Source: Verrucomicrobiota bacterium (GTDB lineage: Bacteria > Verrucomicrobiota > Verrucomicrobiia > Limisphaerales > CANJSG01). From it: 64,000 nt of DNA. The first letter of the stretch is position 1. The number at the start of each line of letters is the position of its first letter. The notes below the pieces were generated by a model. That model was not told the DNA's origin. It saw only the letters and a list, made by a program, of their open reading frames with translations, and ran no database searches. Both the position numbers and the translations under genes were made by a program. The DNA lies in assembly GCA_038209745.1 (NCBI GenBank), contig JBBQXJ010000006.1, positions 19,176-83,175 on the forward strand, in the 5' to 3' direction. This document shows, piece by piece, positions 51,558 to 64,000 of the stretch.

Positions 51558-52158
51558 CTGCAGCTCAACCTCCGCGAGGGACAACGCAACAACGGGATCG
51601 TCGTGCCGGGACGCCCGGACAAGAGCCAGCTCGTCCAACGCATCTTCTCCAGCGATACGAAGGCACAGATGCCACAATCGGATTCGCACCGAATCCTCAC
51701 CACGGCGCAGAAGGAACTGCTGGATCGCTGGGTCGCCCACGGTGCGGAATTCACGCTTCACTGTGCTTTCGCGACGTTGCGACGGCCTCCCGTGCCGAAG
51801 CCCCGTGGTTCCAGCTCTTCGTCCCGAAGTTTTCCATCCGCAGTTCCATCGACGCCTTCTTCGCGGACAACAAACCCGGCGCCTACGAGCGGTCGTGGAC
51901 CGGCTGCTGGCCTCGGAACACTACGGCCAACGCATGTTCCTGCCCCGGCTGGAGGCGGCGCGTTACACGGTTGCGAAAGGCTTCCAGGAGGATGGCGACA
52001 CCTTCCAATGGATCAGGCGCGACCGGGTCGTGAAGGCGACCACCGACAAACTGCCATTCCACCAGTTCATCGTGGAGCAAACGGCCCACCGATTCGAGGG
52101 CCGGCAGTTCCGCCTGACCGACGGCCTCGGCCACGTAGTCAAACGGATTCATTTGTGA
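51558..52158 (+). pseudogene. Collapsed relic of a PSD1 cytochrome-c gene joined to a DUF1501 C-terminus
   Basis: Frameshifted pieces IVVPGRPDKSQLVQRI..QMP..LLDRWVAHGA, VVDRLLASEHYGQRM..AARY, PFHQFIVEQ, then HRFEGRQFRLTD..GHVVK. Confidence 0.8.
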
Positions 52159-52213
52159 TCGCGGCTGTCGCCTTCACGAAGGGTCGACAAGGAAGGGACT
52201 CTCCCACCCGCTT

Positions 52214-52804
52214 TCAACGCTCCGGTGAGCCGGCTTCCTTCAGCCGGCTCCGAGCGCCTTTGACCACGAGGCCGATCACTTCCGCTTCGTTGGTGCGGCT
52301 TTCGTAGCGGCCGATCAGTTTTTGATAATAGGGGATCGCGTCGTTGGTCCGCGTATTGTTCCAGAGCACGTCGCCGGCGGCTTTCATCGTCTGGAGGATC
52401 TCCCATTCCGCCGTGGGATACTCGACCGCGACCCGGTCGTAGGCCGAGACCGCCTCGCGGATGCGGCCCTGCTCGCCCAACACGTTGCCGAGATTGCGCA
52501 GTGCCTGGGCGGCCAGGTTGGTCCGGGCCGAAAACTGCGCGATGAACTGCGCGTAGCCCGCTTCCGCCTTCGCCAGCAACTGGGTGCGGACCGCGCCGGA
52601 AGCGGTGGCGGACGGGATGTAGTATTTCTTCGACACTTCCAGAAACGCGTCCCGGGCCAACGCGTCTTCTTTTCGGGCCTTTTGGAACTGGTCGAACCGC
52701 ACCTGCTCCTGCGGATCGACCGGCGGAGAGCAACCGGCGAGGAAGGCGATGGCAGCAAAGACCCCGGCCCACTGGGCGGCGGTGATGGAGATGCGGTTCA
52801 ACAT
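52214..52804 (-). CDS. TPR-containing putative lipoprotein
   Basis: Lipobox-like FLAGC and TPR-like helices (AAQALRNLGNVL..QGRIREAVSAY, DAIPYYQKLI). Start 52804 or 52825. Confidence 0.7.
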   Translation of the reverse strand: MLNRISITAAQWAGVFAAIAFLAGCSPPVDPQEQVRFDQFQKARKEDALARDAFLEVSKKYYIPSATASGAVRTQLLAKAEAGYAQFIAQFSARTNLAAQALRNLGNVLGEQGRIREAVSAYDRVAVEYPTAEWEILQTMKAAGDVLWNNTRTNDAIPYYQKLIGRYESRTNEAEVIGLVVKGARSRLKEAGSPER

Positions 52805-52902
52805 GGCGGCGCGAATGCCCGACATTCACGCCGTTGCGCCGGCGGAGTTCAAACCGATTCTACGGGATCGGCAGCGGAAGAATCAGAACCCTCCCTCGGC
52901 CG

Positions 52903-55395
<2,493 letters not shown>

Positions 55396-55706
55396 CGTCT
55401 TGGGAGCCGCAGCGAGGAAGGCCACGTAGCCGAGCTTGGACAGGGATCGTCCCGCCCCGAATGCTTCGCTCGTGGAAGGCGGCACTCCAGCAAGCAACGA
55501 CGGTTCCGCCCGTTCACCGCTTGACGAACGCCGCGCGCTGCCGCACGGAACGGCCGGCTTGTTGCACTCAAGATGCGCGATGGCGATGATGCGGGAATTC
55601 ATGACGTGAATGGGAGACCACACGGGAATGGATCCCGTTACCGGCTAGTCCTAAAAAGCTCGCCCGCTCGGACGCTGCGGTCTTGGTTCCGATTAACCCA
55701 CCCACC

Positions 55707-56474
55707 GTGAAAACCGTCACAAAACCCGGCGTAACGCCCATCTCGCAGCCGCTCCAGGCGCTCGTCGGGGTCCCCTACCCCATCCTTGAAGATCTGTTCG
55801 ACCGCGTGCGGGACACCGCGTTCTTCGTGAAAGACCGCCACGGACGCTATGTCGCGTGCAACCAGTCGCTCGTCGGTCGCGTCGGCCTCAAGGACAAGGC
55901 CGAGCTGATCGGGCGGACGGTGACCGAGATTTTCCCGAGCGGATTGGCCGAACAATACCGGATCCAGGACGCCGAAGTGCTGAACGCCGGCAAGCCCGTC
56001 ATTGATCGGCTCGAACTCCACTGGCACGCGAACCGCCGTTTCGGCTGGTGCCTCACGACCAAACTCCCGCTTCTCGATCCCCTCGGCACCGTCATCGGAC
56101 TCATCGGCATCTCCCGCGATCTCACGGCCCCGAACGACACTTCCAAGATCCCGCCCGGATTGACCAAGGCGCTCGAATACCTCGAGCAAAACTTCACCGA
56201 GGTCGTAAGTCCAGCCGTGCTGGCCCAGGAAGCGGGCCTCAGCCAGGTCCGGTTCGCCCGGATCATCAAACGCATCTACCGCATCACCCCCAGCCAGCTC
56301 ATCACCCAGACCCGGCTGTCCGCCGCCGCCCGGATGCTGCAGGAACCGGCCAAGGCCATCGCCGATATCGCCCACGCCTGCGGCTTCTACGACCACAGCG
56401 CCTTCACCCGGGCGTTCCATTCCGCCACCGGTCTGACGCCGACAGAATTCCGCCGTCGCAAACTGGCGCAGTAG
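55707..56474 (+). CDS. AraC-family transcriptional regulator with N-terminal PAS domain
   Basis: FFVKDRHGRY..N PAS; IADIAHACGFYDHSAFTRAF..TGLTPTEFR AraC signature. Confidence 0.9.
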   Translation: MKTVTKPGVTPISQPLQALVGVPYPILEDLFDRVRDTAFFVKDRHGRYVACNQSLVGRVGLKDKAELIGRTVTEIFPSGLAEQYRIQDAEVLNAGKPVIDRLELHWHANRRFGWCLTTKLPLLDPLGTVIGLIGISRDLTAPNDTSKIPPGLTKALEYLEQNFTEVVSPAVLAQEAGLSQVRFARIIKRIYRITPSQLITQTRLSAAARMLQEPAKAIADIAHACGFYDHSAFTRAFHSATGLTPTEFRRRKLAQ

Positions 56475-56498
56475 CGTCCGGTGCCTCAGCATTCGGCC

Positions 56499-57251
56499 AT
56501 GAAACTGCTCTCTTGGAACGTCAACGGCCTCCGCGCCGTGTTGAAGAAGAACTTCCTCGAATTCCTCGCCGCCGAGGCTCCCGACATCCTCTGCCTCCAG
56601 GAAACCAAGTGCGCCGAGTCCGACATCACCCAGGTGTGGCCAGACGGCTACTCCGTCTGCTGGAACAGCGCGGAAAAGAAGGGCTATTCCGGCACCGCGA
56701 TCCTCAGCAAGACGGCGCCCCAGAAGGTCACGCTCGGCATCGGCCATGACCATCATGACCGCGAAGGCCGCGTCATCACCGCCGAGTTCGCCGACTTCTT
56801 CCTCGTCAACGTCTACGTGCCCAACTCCCAGCGTGAACTGGCTCGCCTGCCCTATCGCCAGGAATGGGACCGCGATTCCCTCGCTTACATGAAGAAGCTG
56901 GAGAAGAAGAAGCCCGTCATCTTCTGCGGCGATTTGAACGTGGCCCACACCGAGATCGACCTCGCGAATCCGAAGGCCAACGCGAAGAACCACGGTTTCA
57001 CCCCGGAGGAACGCGCCGGCTTCACCACGGTGGTCGAAGCCGGGTTCGTGGACACATTCCGCGAGTTCGAAAAAGCCGGAGGCCACTACAGCTGGTGGAG
57101 CCCGATGGGCGGCGCCCGGGGTCGGAACGTGGGCTGGCGGATCGACTATGTGATGATCAGCCGCGCCCTGCGCCCGAAGTTGAAAGCGGCCTTCATCCTG
57201 CCCAAGGTGACCGGCTCGGACCACTGCCCCGTGGGCATCGAACTCCAATGA
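56499..57251 (+). CDS. xth: Exodeoxyribonuclease III
   Basis: [40 protein letters not shown]. Confidence 0.96.
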   Translation: MKLLSWNVNGLRAVLKKNFLEFLAAEAPDILCLQETKCAESDITQVWPDGYSVCWNSAEKKGYSGTAILSKTAPQKVTLGIGHDHHDREGRVITAEFADFFLVNVYVPNSQRELARLPYRQEWDRDSLAYMKKLEKKKPVIFCGDLNVAHTEIDLANPKANAKNHGFTPEERAGFTTVVEAGFVDTFREFEKAGGHYSWWSPMGGARGRNVGWRIDYVMISRALRPKLKAAFILPKVTGSDHCPVGIELQ

Positions 57252-57328
57252 TGCACCCGGAAAGTGCGGACCAAATCGAGGTTTGACTTGATCCCTGAAA
57301 TCACCGACACCAATCGCCCGATTCGGTA

Positions 57329-57403
<75 letters not shown>

Positions 57404-57556
57404 TCTCAATCCCCTTGGAAACGCGGGCGGTTCCCACCGGACTTCCCCGTAGATCAAAAGCCCCGCCTTTCCGTGCTATCGGGAGTTTTTTGATAGCTGA
57501 CCGGCCACCGGCCGGATCCCGAGCTCAGCGTTCGCTCGACCAAACAGCCAGGCTCC

Positions 57557-58603
57557 TCAATCCAACCGGCTCCACCGCGCAAACTGACCGTTCCAAACCG
57601 TCGATGACGGAAGCCGCCAGAGCGAACCCCACAGGATGGCTCGCACGTCCGACCGGGAAACCTTGATCCGGCGGGTGGGATCCAAGACCGGTTCGGCCCG
57701 CAGTTTGGCCAGTGTCCGCGCGCCGATCAAGATGGGCCAGGCACAGGCCAAGCGCACGCGTCGCTGGTTGCGCGGAAGCGTCGTCGTGTAGCTCCAACCC
57801 GCGCTCAAATGCTCGCCCGCCAGATCCAACAGCCGATCGTAAAGCGGTCGGAAGCGCGCCTCGTTCGACGGCTCCAAGAGATCTACAGGACTCAGTCCTG
57901 CGGAGCTCAGAATCTCCGCAGGCACGTAGCAGCGTCCCTGGCGCAGGTCCCGCGGCAAGTCGCGCAGGATGTTCACCAGCTGGAGCCCTTTACCGAACCG
58001 AACCCCATCCGCGAGGAATTGGCCGAAGTCACCGAAGTCGTGTTTGGGGAAAAGATGTGCGCGGCAGAGGTGGGTCCAAAACTCCCCGACACAGCCGGCC
58101 ACCCGGTAAGTATAATTGTCCAGGTCCGCCATCGATCCCAACGCCCGGACGCTCTCTCCGGATTCCTCGGACGCCCAATGCGTTTCGAAGCGGCGCAGAT
58201 CAAGTTCTTGCCCATCCGCGATGGTCCGGAGCACTTCGCGGATCCGCGCCAGATCGGCTGGAGGCAGGGTCTCCAAGACAGCCAAGGCTTCCTCGACTCG
58301 TTCCAAAAGCACGCGTTCCGCCGGCAATCCCCCTCCGACGACGCCGGGTTGGGCGCCGGCCAAGTCCGCGAAGCGCACCGGCTCCGGCTTCTGCCCAAGG
58401 ATTCGCCCCTTTAGTTCCGCCAAGGCCTCGAGTCGCCGCTCGACAGGAAGCAGCTCCGTATCGGCGATGGTGTCCGTGGCCCGCGCAAGGAGGTAGGCCA
58501 GCCCGATCGGGCGCCTCACGCCGCCGGGCAAGACCCGGAGCGTGAGGTAGAACGAGCGCGAAACGTCGCGCAAAAGGCTGGTGAGAAGATCGGCGGAGGC
58601 CAT
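57557..58603 (-). CDS. Squalene/phytoene synthase family protein
   Basis: VSRSFYL, YLLARATDTIAD, YTYRVAGCVG, LQLVNILRDL..D..GRCYVP. Confidence 0.9.
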   Translation of the reverse strand: MASADLLTSLLRDVSRSFYLTLRVLPGGVRRPIGLAYLLARATDTIADTELLPVERRLEALAELKGRILGQKPEPVRFADLAGAQPGVVGGGLPAERVLLERVEEALAVLETLPPADLARIREVLRTIADGQELDLRRFETHWASEESGESVRALGSMADLDNYTYRVAGCVGEFWTHLCRAHLFPKHDFGDFGQFLADGVRFGKGLQLVNILRDLPRDLRQGRCYVPAEILSSAGLSPVDLLEPSNEARFRPLYDRLLDLAGEHLSAGWSYTTTLPRNQRRVRLACAWPILIGARTLAKLRAEPVLDPTRRIKVSRSDVRAILWGSLWRLPSSTVWNGQFARWSRLD

Positions 58604-58733
58604 TGGGCGCCGCGACTGAACCACGTTCCCATGGCGGCCGCCAACCAGTTTGCGCCTTCCCCCTCCAAGAGGCCTGTTGCTCCGGTGCGTGTCCCCTGCT
58701 TCATTTCCACCAAGGCCGCTCCTACCAAAACCA

Positions 58734-59147
58734 ATGCCTTTCCGGGTGCACAGGAAGAATGGGATCATCCTCAGCGGAATGTGGGGAACGATCACGCGTC
58801 AGGACGTCGTCGAGTTGGCGGAGGCGGTCGCCCTTCTCGAAACCCCGCCCGTCCCCGACCGGATCACCGATCTGACCGGCGTCACCCAGATCGACCTTGC
58901 CTTCCCGGACATCTGGAATCTGGCCCAGAATCGTCGGTCGCTTCGGTTCGCCAACTCCTTCAAATCCGCGTTGGTTGCCAGCGGGCCCGTCCAAATCGGT
59001 TTTTGCCGGATGTTCCTCACCGTGGGCGAGCACCCCCAGATCGAATTCGAAATGTTCGCGACCAAAATAGGGGCCTTCGCCTGGCTCCAACAGCCCTTCC
59101 CAGATCCGGCCGTGGCCGACCCAGCGGGCCCTCAAATGACGGATTGA
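58734..59147 (+). CDS. Small hypothetical protein (STAS/SEC14-like alpha/beta fold suspected)
   Basis: GTIT..D, ITDLT, KSALVA..G..RMF, F.T…A.AWL pattern. Abuts the downstream kinase gene. Confidence 0.6.
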   Translation: MPFRVHRKNGIILSGMWGTITRQDVVELAEAVALLETPPVPDRITDLTGVTQIDLAFPDIWNLAQNRRSLRFANSFKSALVASGPVQIGFCRMFLTVGEHPQIEFEMFATKIGAFAWLQQPFPDPAVADPAGPQMTD

Positions 59148-62100
59148 ATGTCCGAACCGCTTGATGTTCAGTCACGGTCCATCCGTGAGTCGGTCATAGG
59201 ACCGGTTCAACCTGGCGACCGCCACATCCCGCGAAAGAACACGATGACCCTGCCGACAGCAGTGCCCGACGGCCAGGCCGCCCCGCCACGGGTGCGCCGT
59301 TTTTCGGGGGCGATCGTCCCGGTGCTGGGGATCGTCTTCTGCCTCGCGGCTTTCTTTGTTTCCCGTCACATCGAAGACCGGCGCATCGGGACCGAGTTCC
59401 AACTCCTGTCAGAACGGAACGCGGCCCAGCTCCGCAATGGAGTCGACCGCTTTTGCGACATTCCACAGCTGTTGCGGCTCTATTTTCAAAACTCCAAATT
59501 CGTCAGCCGGGCGGAGTTCCACGATCTCGGCACCAACCTGCTCAACGAATCCCAGGCCATCCAAGCAGTTGAATGGGTCAGCATCGTTCCTGGAGCGCAA
59601 CGGAGCGCGTTCGAACGGGAGTGTGTCGCCGAAGGGCTTCCCGATTTTCAAATCCGCGACCTGCAGCCCGATGGACGGTTTCGTCCGGCAGCGCCGGCCG
59701 AGGAATATTGGGCGGTCACCTACTGCGAACCGATGGAGGGAAACGAAGCGGTCTTCGGCTACAACCTCCTGTCCGGCCCAACCGCCCCGATCCTAAAACG
59801 CGCCGCCGAATCCGGGGAGAATTTCGCGACTCAGACCTTCCCGTTGGCCCAGTTGGACAATCCGTTGGGCTGGATCCTCCTGGCTCCGATCATCGGCAAC
59901 GCCTCCGACGTTTCGAGCACTCACCAGGGCTTCGTCCAAGTCGTGCTCCGCGTCGAAAGCATGTTCGAGTCGATCATCGAAGACGACCCGGAGGAAGCCA
60001 CCGACTGGATCATCCAGGACGTCTCCGAAGGTGCCAACGACCGGCTCCTTTATTCCCGCAGAACCGGAACGGCCGAAACGGACCTGACCGACGCCGATAT
60101 CCGCCGCTCAACCGACTTCAGGGTGGAGCGGTCCTTCACTGTTCTCGGCCGCACCTGGAGAATGAGGTTCAGCCCGTCGCCTTCCTGGCTTGTCCGCCAG
60201 CGGACGCTCTTTCCCTTCGTCATCCTGCTTCTCGGCCTTTGCCTCACGGCCGCAGTGCATCTCCACGTCGTCTCCCTCAGACGCCGCACAGCGCTGGTCG
60301 AACGGGAAGTGACGGAAAAAACCGCGCGCCTTTCCGAATCCAATCATCTGCTCGTCGCCGAAGCGAACGCCCGAAAAAAGGTGCAGGACCACCTCGAGCT
60401 GGTTCTTCGCGGGGCCGACCTCGGCACCTGGGAGTCGAACCTGGAGACCGGATCCCTTTCCTTCAGCCCGCGCCTCGCGACCATGCTCGGCTTTGACCCT
60501 GCTGAGCCCGAACCCACCCGTGCCTGGTGGCAGAGCAGGATCCATCCCGAGGATCTGGAAAACTCGCTCGAGTCCGTCGCGAACCATCTGGCCGGCCACA
60601 GCCACCAGATCGAAGTGATCCAGCGCGTCCAAAAGCGCGACGGCTCCTATCTATGGGTCATCGACCTCAGTTCCGTCGTCGAGCGCGACGCCTCCGGCAG
60701 GCCGGTCAGGGTCGCCGGCACCCGGGCGGACATCCACGAGCGCACTCTCGCCGATGTCCGCGCCCTGCGTCTTGCCACGGCGGTCGACCAAGCCACCGAA
60801 TCCATCGTCCTGCTTGATTCGCAGGGCCGGGTCGAATTCGCCAATCGCGCCTTCACCAGAAGGATGGGCTGCGCGGAATCCGCACTCCTCGGCCGGAGCT
60901 TCGACGCCGTCTGGCCCGGGGATCACGGCGATGCTTCCCTGGCGTTCGCCGCCATCGCGGTGGAAGTCGCCCGATCCGGCGTTTGGCGCGGCACCCTTCG
61001 AAATCTCCGCCGGGGCGACCAGATCTGCGCCGAACATCTGATCGTCTCCGCCGTCACCGACTCCAAGGAACAGCCGCTCGGCTTCGTTCTGGTCGCACGC
61101 GACATCACCCGCGAATCCGCCCTCGAGGAACAGGTCCGCCAATCCCAGAAAATGGAGGCCGTGGGCCTGCTGGCGGGAGGGGTCGCCCACGATTTCAACA
61201 ACCTCCTCCAGATCGTCCGGGGTTATGCCGCCCTCGCGGCGGAATCCGAAACGCTCGCCGAGCAGAAAGGCCACCTCAGCCTCGTCCTCGACGCGGTGGA
61301 CCGCGCCAGTGGACTGACCCGCCAGCTGCTCGCCTTTGGTCGACGCCAAGCGCTGCAACGCATCGTCATCGACCTCAATGTCATGACCCGCGAGATGCTC
61401 CGCATGATCCGCCGGATCATCCCGGAAAACATCGAGATCTCCCCTTACATCACAGCCGATTCCATCCGGATCCGCGGCGACCGCGGCCAGATCGAACAAG
61501 TCCTTCTCAACCTTTGTGTCAACGCCCGGGACGCCATGCCGGACGGCGGGCGCCTCGTCATCCGTCTGGACGTCGGCGACGTCGACAAGGCCGCCGCCGC
61601 GCGGCACGAAAGCATCACGCCCGGTCGATACGCCCGACTGCGCGTCTCCGACACTGGCACCGGCATGGATCCGGCCACCCTGGCCCGTATCTTCGAGCCC
61701 TTCTTCTCCACCAAACCAAAGGACCGGGGCACCGGATTGGGCTTGTCCGTCGTCTACGGCATCATCCGGCAACACGAAGGGTTCGTGGACGTGATGAGCC
61801 AACCGGACAAGGGAACGATCTTCAGCATTCATTTCCCGATCGCGGGCGACGAAGAGGTGGCGGCCACGCCCACGCTGGCGCCGGCTTCGATCCAGCAGGG
61901 GAACGGCACCGTTCTGCTGGTCGAGGACGAGCCGCTGGTGCGGGCTCTCGCCGTCCGTGTGCTGAAACGGGCCGGCTACGAAGTGGTCACAGCCGAGGAC
62001 GGCCAGGAGGCCTGCGAGACCTTCGCCAAGGATCCGGACGCCATCGACATCGTGGTGATGGACATGATCATGCCGCGGATGGGCGGCCGTGAAGCCTACC

Positions 62101-62291
62101 ACCGGATCAACGTCCTGAAGCCCCAAGTGCCGGTGCTCTTTTGCACCGGCTACAGCCATGAGGGCGCGGGCGGCACCTTCGCCCTTCCGCCCGGCACGGC
62201 ACTCCTCGCCAAACCCTATCTCCCCAGTGAATTCACCGCGCTCGTCGCCCGAATGATCCAGGATTCCCAGATCCGGGCCTCCGACCTCTGA
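59148..62291 (+). CDS. CHASE-PAS-PAS hybrid histidine kinase with receiver domain
   Basis: Two TM helices flank a CHASE domain (VSRAEF, EPMEGNEAVFGYNL, GRTW). GGVAHDFNN, NARDAM, GTGLGL, REC domain. Start may be ~59243. Confidence 0.9.
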   Translation: MSEPLDVQSRSIRESVIGPVQPGDRHIPRKNTMTLPTAVPDGQAAPPRVRRFSGAIVPVLGIVFCLAAFFVSRHIEDRRIGTEFQLLSERNAAQLRNGVDRFCDIPQLLRLYFQNSKFVSRAEFHDLGTNLLNESQAIQAVEWVSIVPGAQRSAFERECVAEGLPDFQIRDLQPDGRFRPAAPAEEYWAVTYCEPMEGNEAVFGYNLLSGPTAPILKRAAESGENFATQTFPLAQLDNPLGWILLAPIIGNASDVSSTHQGFVQVVLRVESMFESIIEDDPEEATDWIIQDVSEGANDRLLYSRRTGTAETDLTDADIRRSTDFRVERSFTVLGRTWRMRFSPSPSWLVRQRTLFPFVILLLGLCLTAAVHLHVVSLRRRTALVEREVTEKTARLSESNHLLVAEANARKKVQDHLELVLRGADLGTWESNLETGSLSFSPRLATMLGFDPAEPEPTRAWWQSRIHPEDLENSLESVANHLAGHSHQIEVIQRVQKRDGSYLWVIDLSSVVERDASGRPVRVAGTRADIHERTLADVRALRLATAVDQATESIVLLDSQGRVEFANRAFTRRMGCAESALLGRSFDAVWPGDHGDASLAFAAIAVEVARSGVWRGTLRNLRRGDQICAEHLIVSAVTDSKEQPLGFVLVARDITRESALEEQVRQSQKMEAVGLLAGGVAHDFNNLLQIVRGYAALAAESETLAEQKGHLSLVLDAVDRASGLTRQLLAFGRRQALQRIVIDLNVMTREMLRMIRRIIPENIEISPYITADSIRIRGDRGQIEQVLLNLCVNARDAMPDGGRLVIRLDVGDVDKAAAARHESITPGRYARLRVSDTGTGMDPATLARIFEPFFSTKPKDRGTGLGLSVVYGIIRQHEGFVDVMSQPDKGTIFSIHFPIAGDEEVAATPTLAPASIQQGNGTVLLVEDEPLVRALAVRVLKRAGYEVVTAEDGQEACETFAKDPDAIDIVVMDMIMPRMGGREAYHRINVLKPQVPVLFCTGYSHEGAGGTFALPPGTALLAKPYLPSEFTALVARMIQDSQIRASDL

Positions 62292-62522
62292 TCTCGTCCG
62301 AAGAGCGGGATCCCCCTTCCCGCCAATCCGGAACGAGGCAGTGGAAATGAATGGGGAGCGCAGCCGCCCCGGCTGCTGTCCGGCGCGCCCCGCGCCGGAC
62401 ACGGACGCGTCCCGGAAACACCAGTCGGTGAATCGTTTGCTGCGCCTCCTCTGGACCGCGAGAGCGCGGTCCACTGAGCCCGGGGCGGGTGCACTCCCCC
62501 GTCCCCACTGCATCGTTCCCGC

Positions 62523-63203
62523 TCAGACACCACCCAAGAGCAGTCCCACATACGGCAGATCCGCCCGCACGGTCACCTTGGGGTTCGGCTGCTTTCCTAG
62601 GACGAGCCGCACCGGCTGCCCGATCAGCTCGCAAGCCGCCGTGTCGTCCGTGACCAGGAACTGCCTCTCCCGGACCACCCGCAGCGCCTCCCGGATCACC
62701 GCCACCCGGAAGGTCTGCGGCGTCTGCACCGCCCAAAGTCGGCTCCGGTCCAGATGGCGGGAGACGGTCAACCCATCGTCGGACTGCTTGATCGTATCCG
62801 TCACCGGTTGCGCGGCCACGGCGGCGCCCGTTTCCCGGGCGGCGGTGATCGTCGCTTCGATCAGCTCCTCGCTCGTGCAGGGCCGCGCCCCGTCCTGGAT
62901 GGCCACGATCTCGGCGGCCGGTGACAGCGCCTCCAATCCGTTCCAGACCGAGTCCTGCCGCTCCGCGCCTCCGTGGACGATGCGGAAGGGCTTCTTGAAA
63001 CCGTTCTCCTGCGCGATCACCTGGAAGTCCTGCTCCATCCCCTGGCGTACCACCACGACGATCTCGTCGATGCAGGCAACCGAGTCGAAGCGCGCCCACG
63101 TGTGGGCCACGACCGGGCGGCCGGCGACTTCGAGGAACAGCTTGTCCACGTTCGGGCCCATGCGTTTGCCCTGACCGGCGGCGACGATGATGGCGGAGAT
63201 CAT
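62523..63203 (-). CDS. ispD: 2-C-methyl-D-erythritol 4-phosphate cytidylyltransferase
   Basis: AAGQGKRM..DK, GGAERQDSV, DGARP, DTIK, QTPQ, TDD, NPKVT..DL. Confidence 0.95.
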   Translation of the reverse strand: MISAIIVAAGQGKRMGPNVDKLFLEVAGRPVVAHTWARFDSVACIDEIVVVVRQGMEQDFQVIAQENGFKKPFRIVHGGAERQDSVWNGLEALSPAAEIVAIQDGARPCTSEELIEATITAARETGAAVAAQPVTDTIKQSDDGLTVSRHLDRSRLWAVQTPQTFRVAVIREALRVVRERQFLVTDDTAACELIGQPVRLVLGKQPNPKVTVRADLPYVGLLLGGV

Positions 63204-63355
63204 AGGATCGATATGTAACAACGGTCTGCTCCTTCGGAAAGCCTCATGCGGTGACTTTCAGGAGACCACGTGAGCAGAATCCTCGGAATTCCAAGACCCG
63301 CTCGCGGAACGCCCAGGAGCCAGTCCAAGGATGGGCACCGCTGAGGAAAAAACTT

Positions 63356-63661
63356 CTATCTGAACTTGGAAGCTGTCGGCAGCTCCTTTGTTTCGGTTTT
63401 TCTGAGAAGCGCTGGACAGTCATCGCTGTCGCAGGCGGGCAAAGCCGGGTCTTGCAGCTCGTATTGGGTCACATTCCCGGTGAGCGCCGATATCTGGACC
63501 TCGATCTTCCGTTCCTTTTCACCCGACCAAGTTACCCGGTAGAAAGGCAGCTCGTCGTGTTCGACCTTCTTGTCCAAGTAGATGGAAGGCTCGGCTGCGG
63601 TCGGAAAATACAAAGGGACAGGTCAATAGTCAGCTTTGGCAATTGTAGGTAACTCAATCAT
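63356..63661 (-). pseudogene. Putative integron cassette ORF with early in-frame TGA
   Basis: ATG 14 nt after the attC core. Reads MIELPTIAKADY*PVPLYFPT…YRVTW..IEVQISALTGNV (PepSY-like end). About 50% GC. Confidence 0.5.
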
Positions 63662-63674
63662 ATGTGCGAACGCC

Positions 63675-63799
63675 GCCTAACGAAAAGCTCAGCGACCGCC
63701 GCTGACGGGCAGGCTCCATCGTAAACGGCCCGCCCGAACTCCTGATCCACACCGAGCGGGGAACGATAGCGGCGGTTCGCTGGACCGCCATGGTTAGGC
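63675..63799 (-). mobile_element. Integron attC site
   Basis: Minus strand GCCTAAC (RYYYAAC) … GTTAGGC (GTTRRRY), 125 bp, with imperfect inner inverted repeat CAGCGAACCGCCGCT/AGCGGCGGTCGCTG. The upstream gene stop lies inside GCCTAAC. Confidence 0.85.
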
Positions 63800-64000
63800 G
63801 GCATGGTCATCGGAGAAAGATGGCGGCTGAGACTTCGCGATGCAGAAGCGGTAGATAAACCAGATGAAAACCGGCTGAAGGGGGAGACGCAGCCACAGAA
63901 CCCATCGAGGAAGACTAACGTCCGGCCAGCCGTGCAACGCGACATGGAGATTTGCTGGGAAAACCGACAGGAGCAGAACGATCAGACCCCAAGCTGCGAG
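63794..64000 (-). CDS. DoxX-like membrane protein (3' part; integron cassette gene)
   Basis: Manual translation LAAWGLIVLLLSVFPANLHVA…WLRLPLQPVFIW…DHAA*. Runs off the window edge and is absent from the ORF track. Confidence 0.75.
   Translation of the reverse strand, partial: LAAWGLIVLLLSVFPANLHVALHGWPDVSLPRWVLWLRLPLQPVFIWFIYRFCIAKSQPPSFSDDHAA

Noticed and set aside
57404..57500. Integration site after the CAT tRNA
   Set aside because: No integrase and no duplicate of the tRNA 3' end were found. Only a weak terminator-like stem is present.

Overview
High-GC (roughly 65%) bacterial chromosome segment. It is most likely Verrucomicrobiota or another PVC lineage, inferred from the planctomycete cytochrome-c/DUF1501 pair, DUF5722 and HDOD paralogues. 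The backbone is housekeeping: mobA, thiL, serS, glgA, transketolase, rimO, lysS, purE/purK, metK-ahcY with a SahR-like regulator, ggt, xth, squalene synthase, ispD and three tRNAs. Accessory DNA is scattered through it: a ~130-aa lower-GC in-frame insert inside lysS; a lower-GC HEPN RNase gene between serS and glgA; a DUF2442 gene plus a DUF4160 pseudogene inside the metK-ahcY operon; a ggt gene whose first 53 bp duplicate the start of the neighbouring ArsR-methyltransferase; a stand-alone C-A-T-TE NRPS; a TrhO-RluA fusion; several decayed relics; and an integron attC site with flanking cassettes at the right end. All family assignments come from motifs recognised by eye. No database searches were run, and GC values are rough hand counts.
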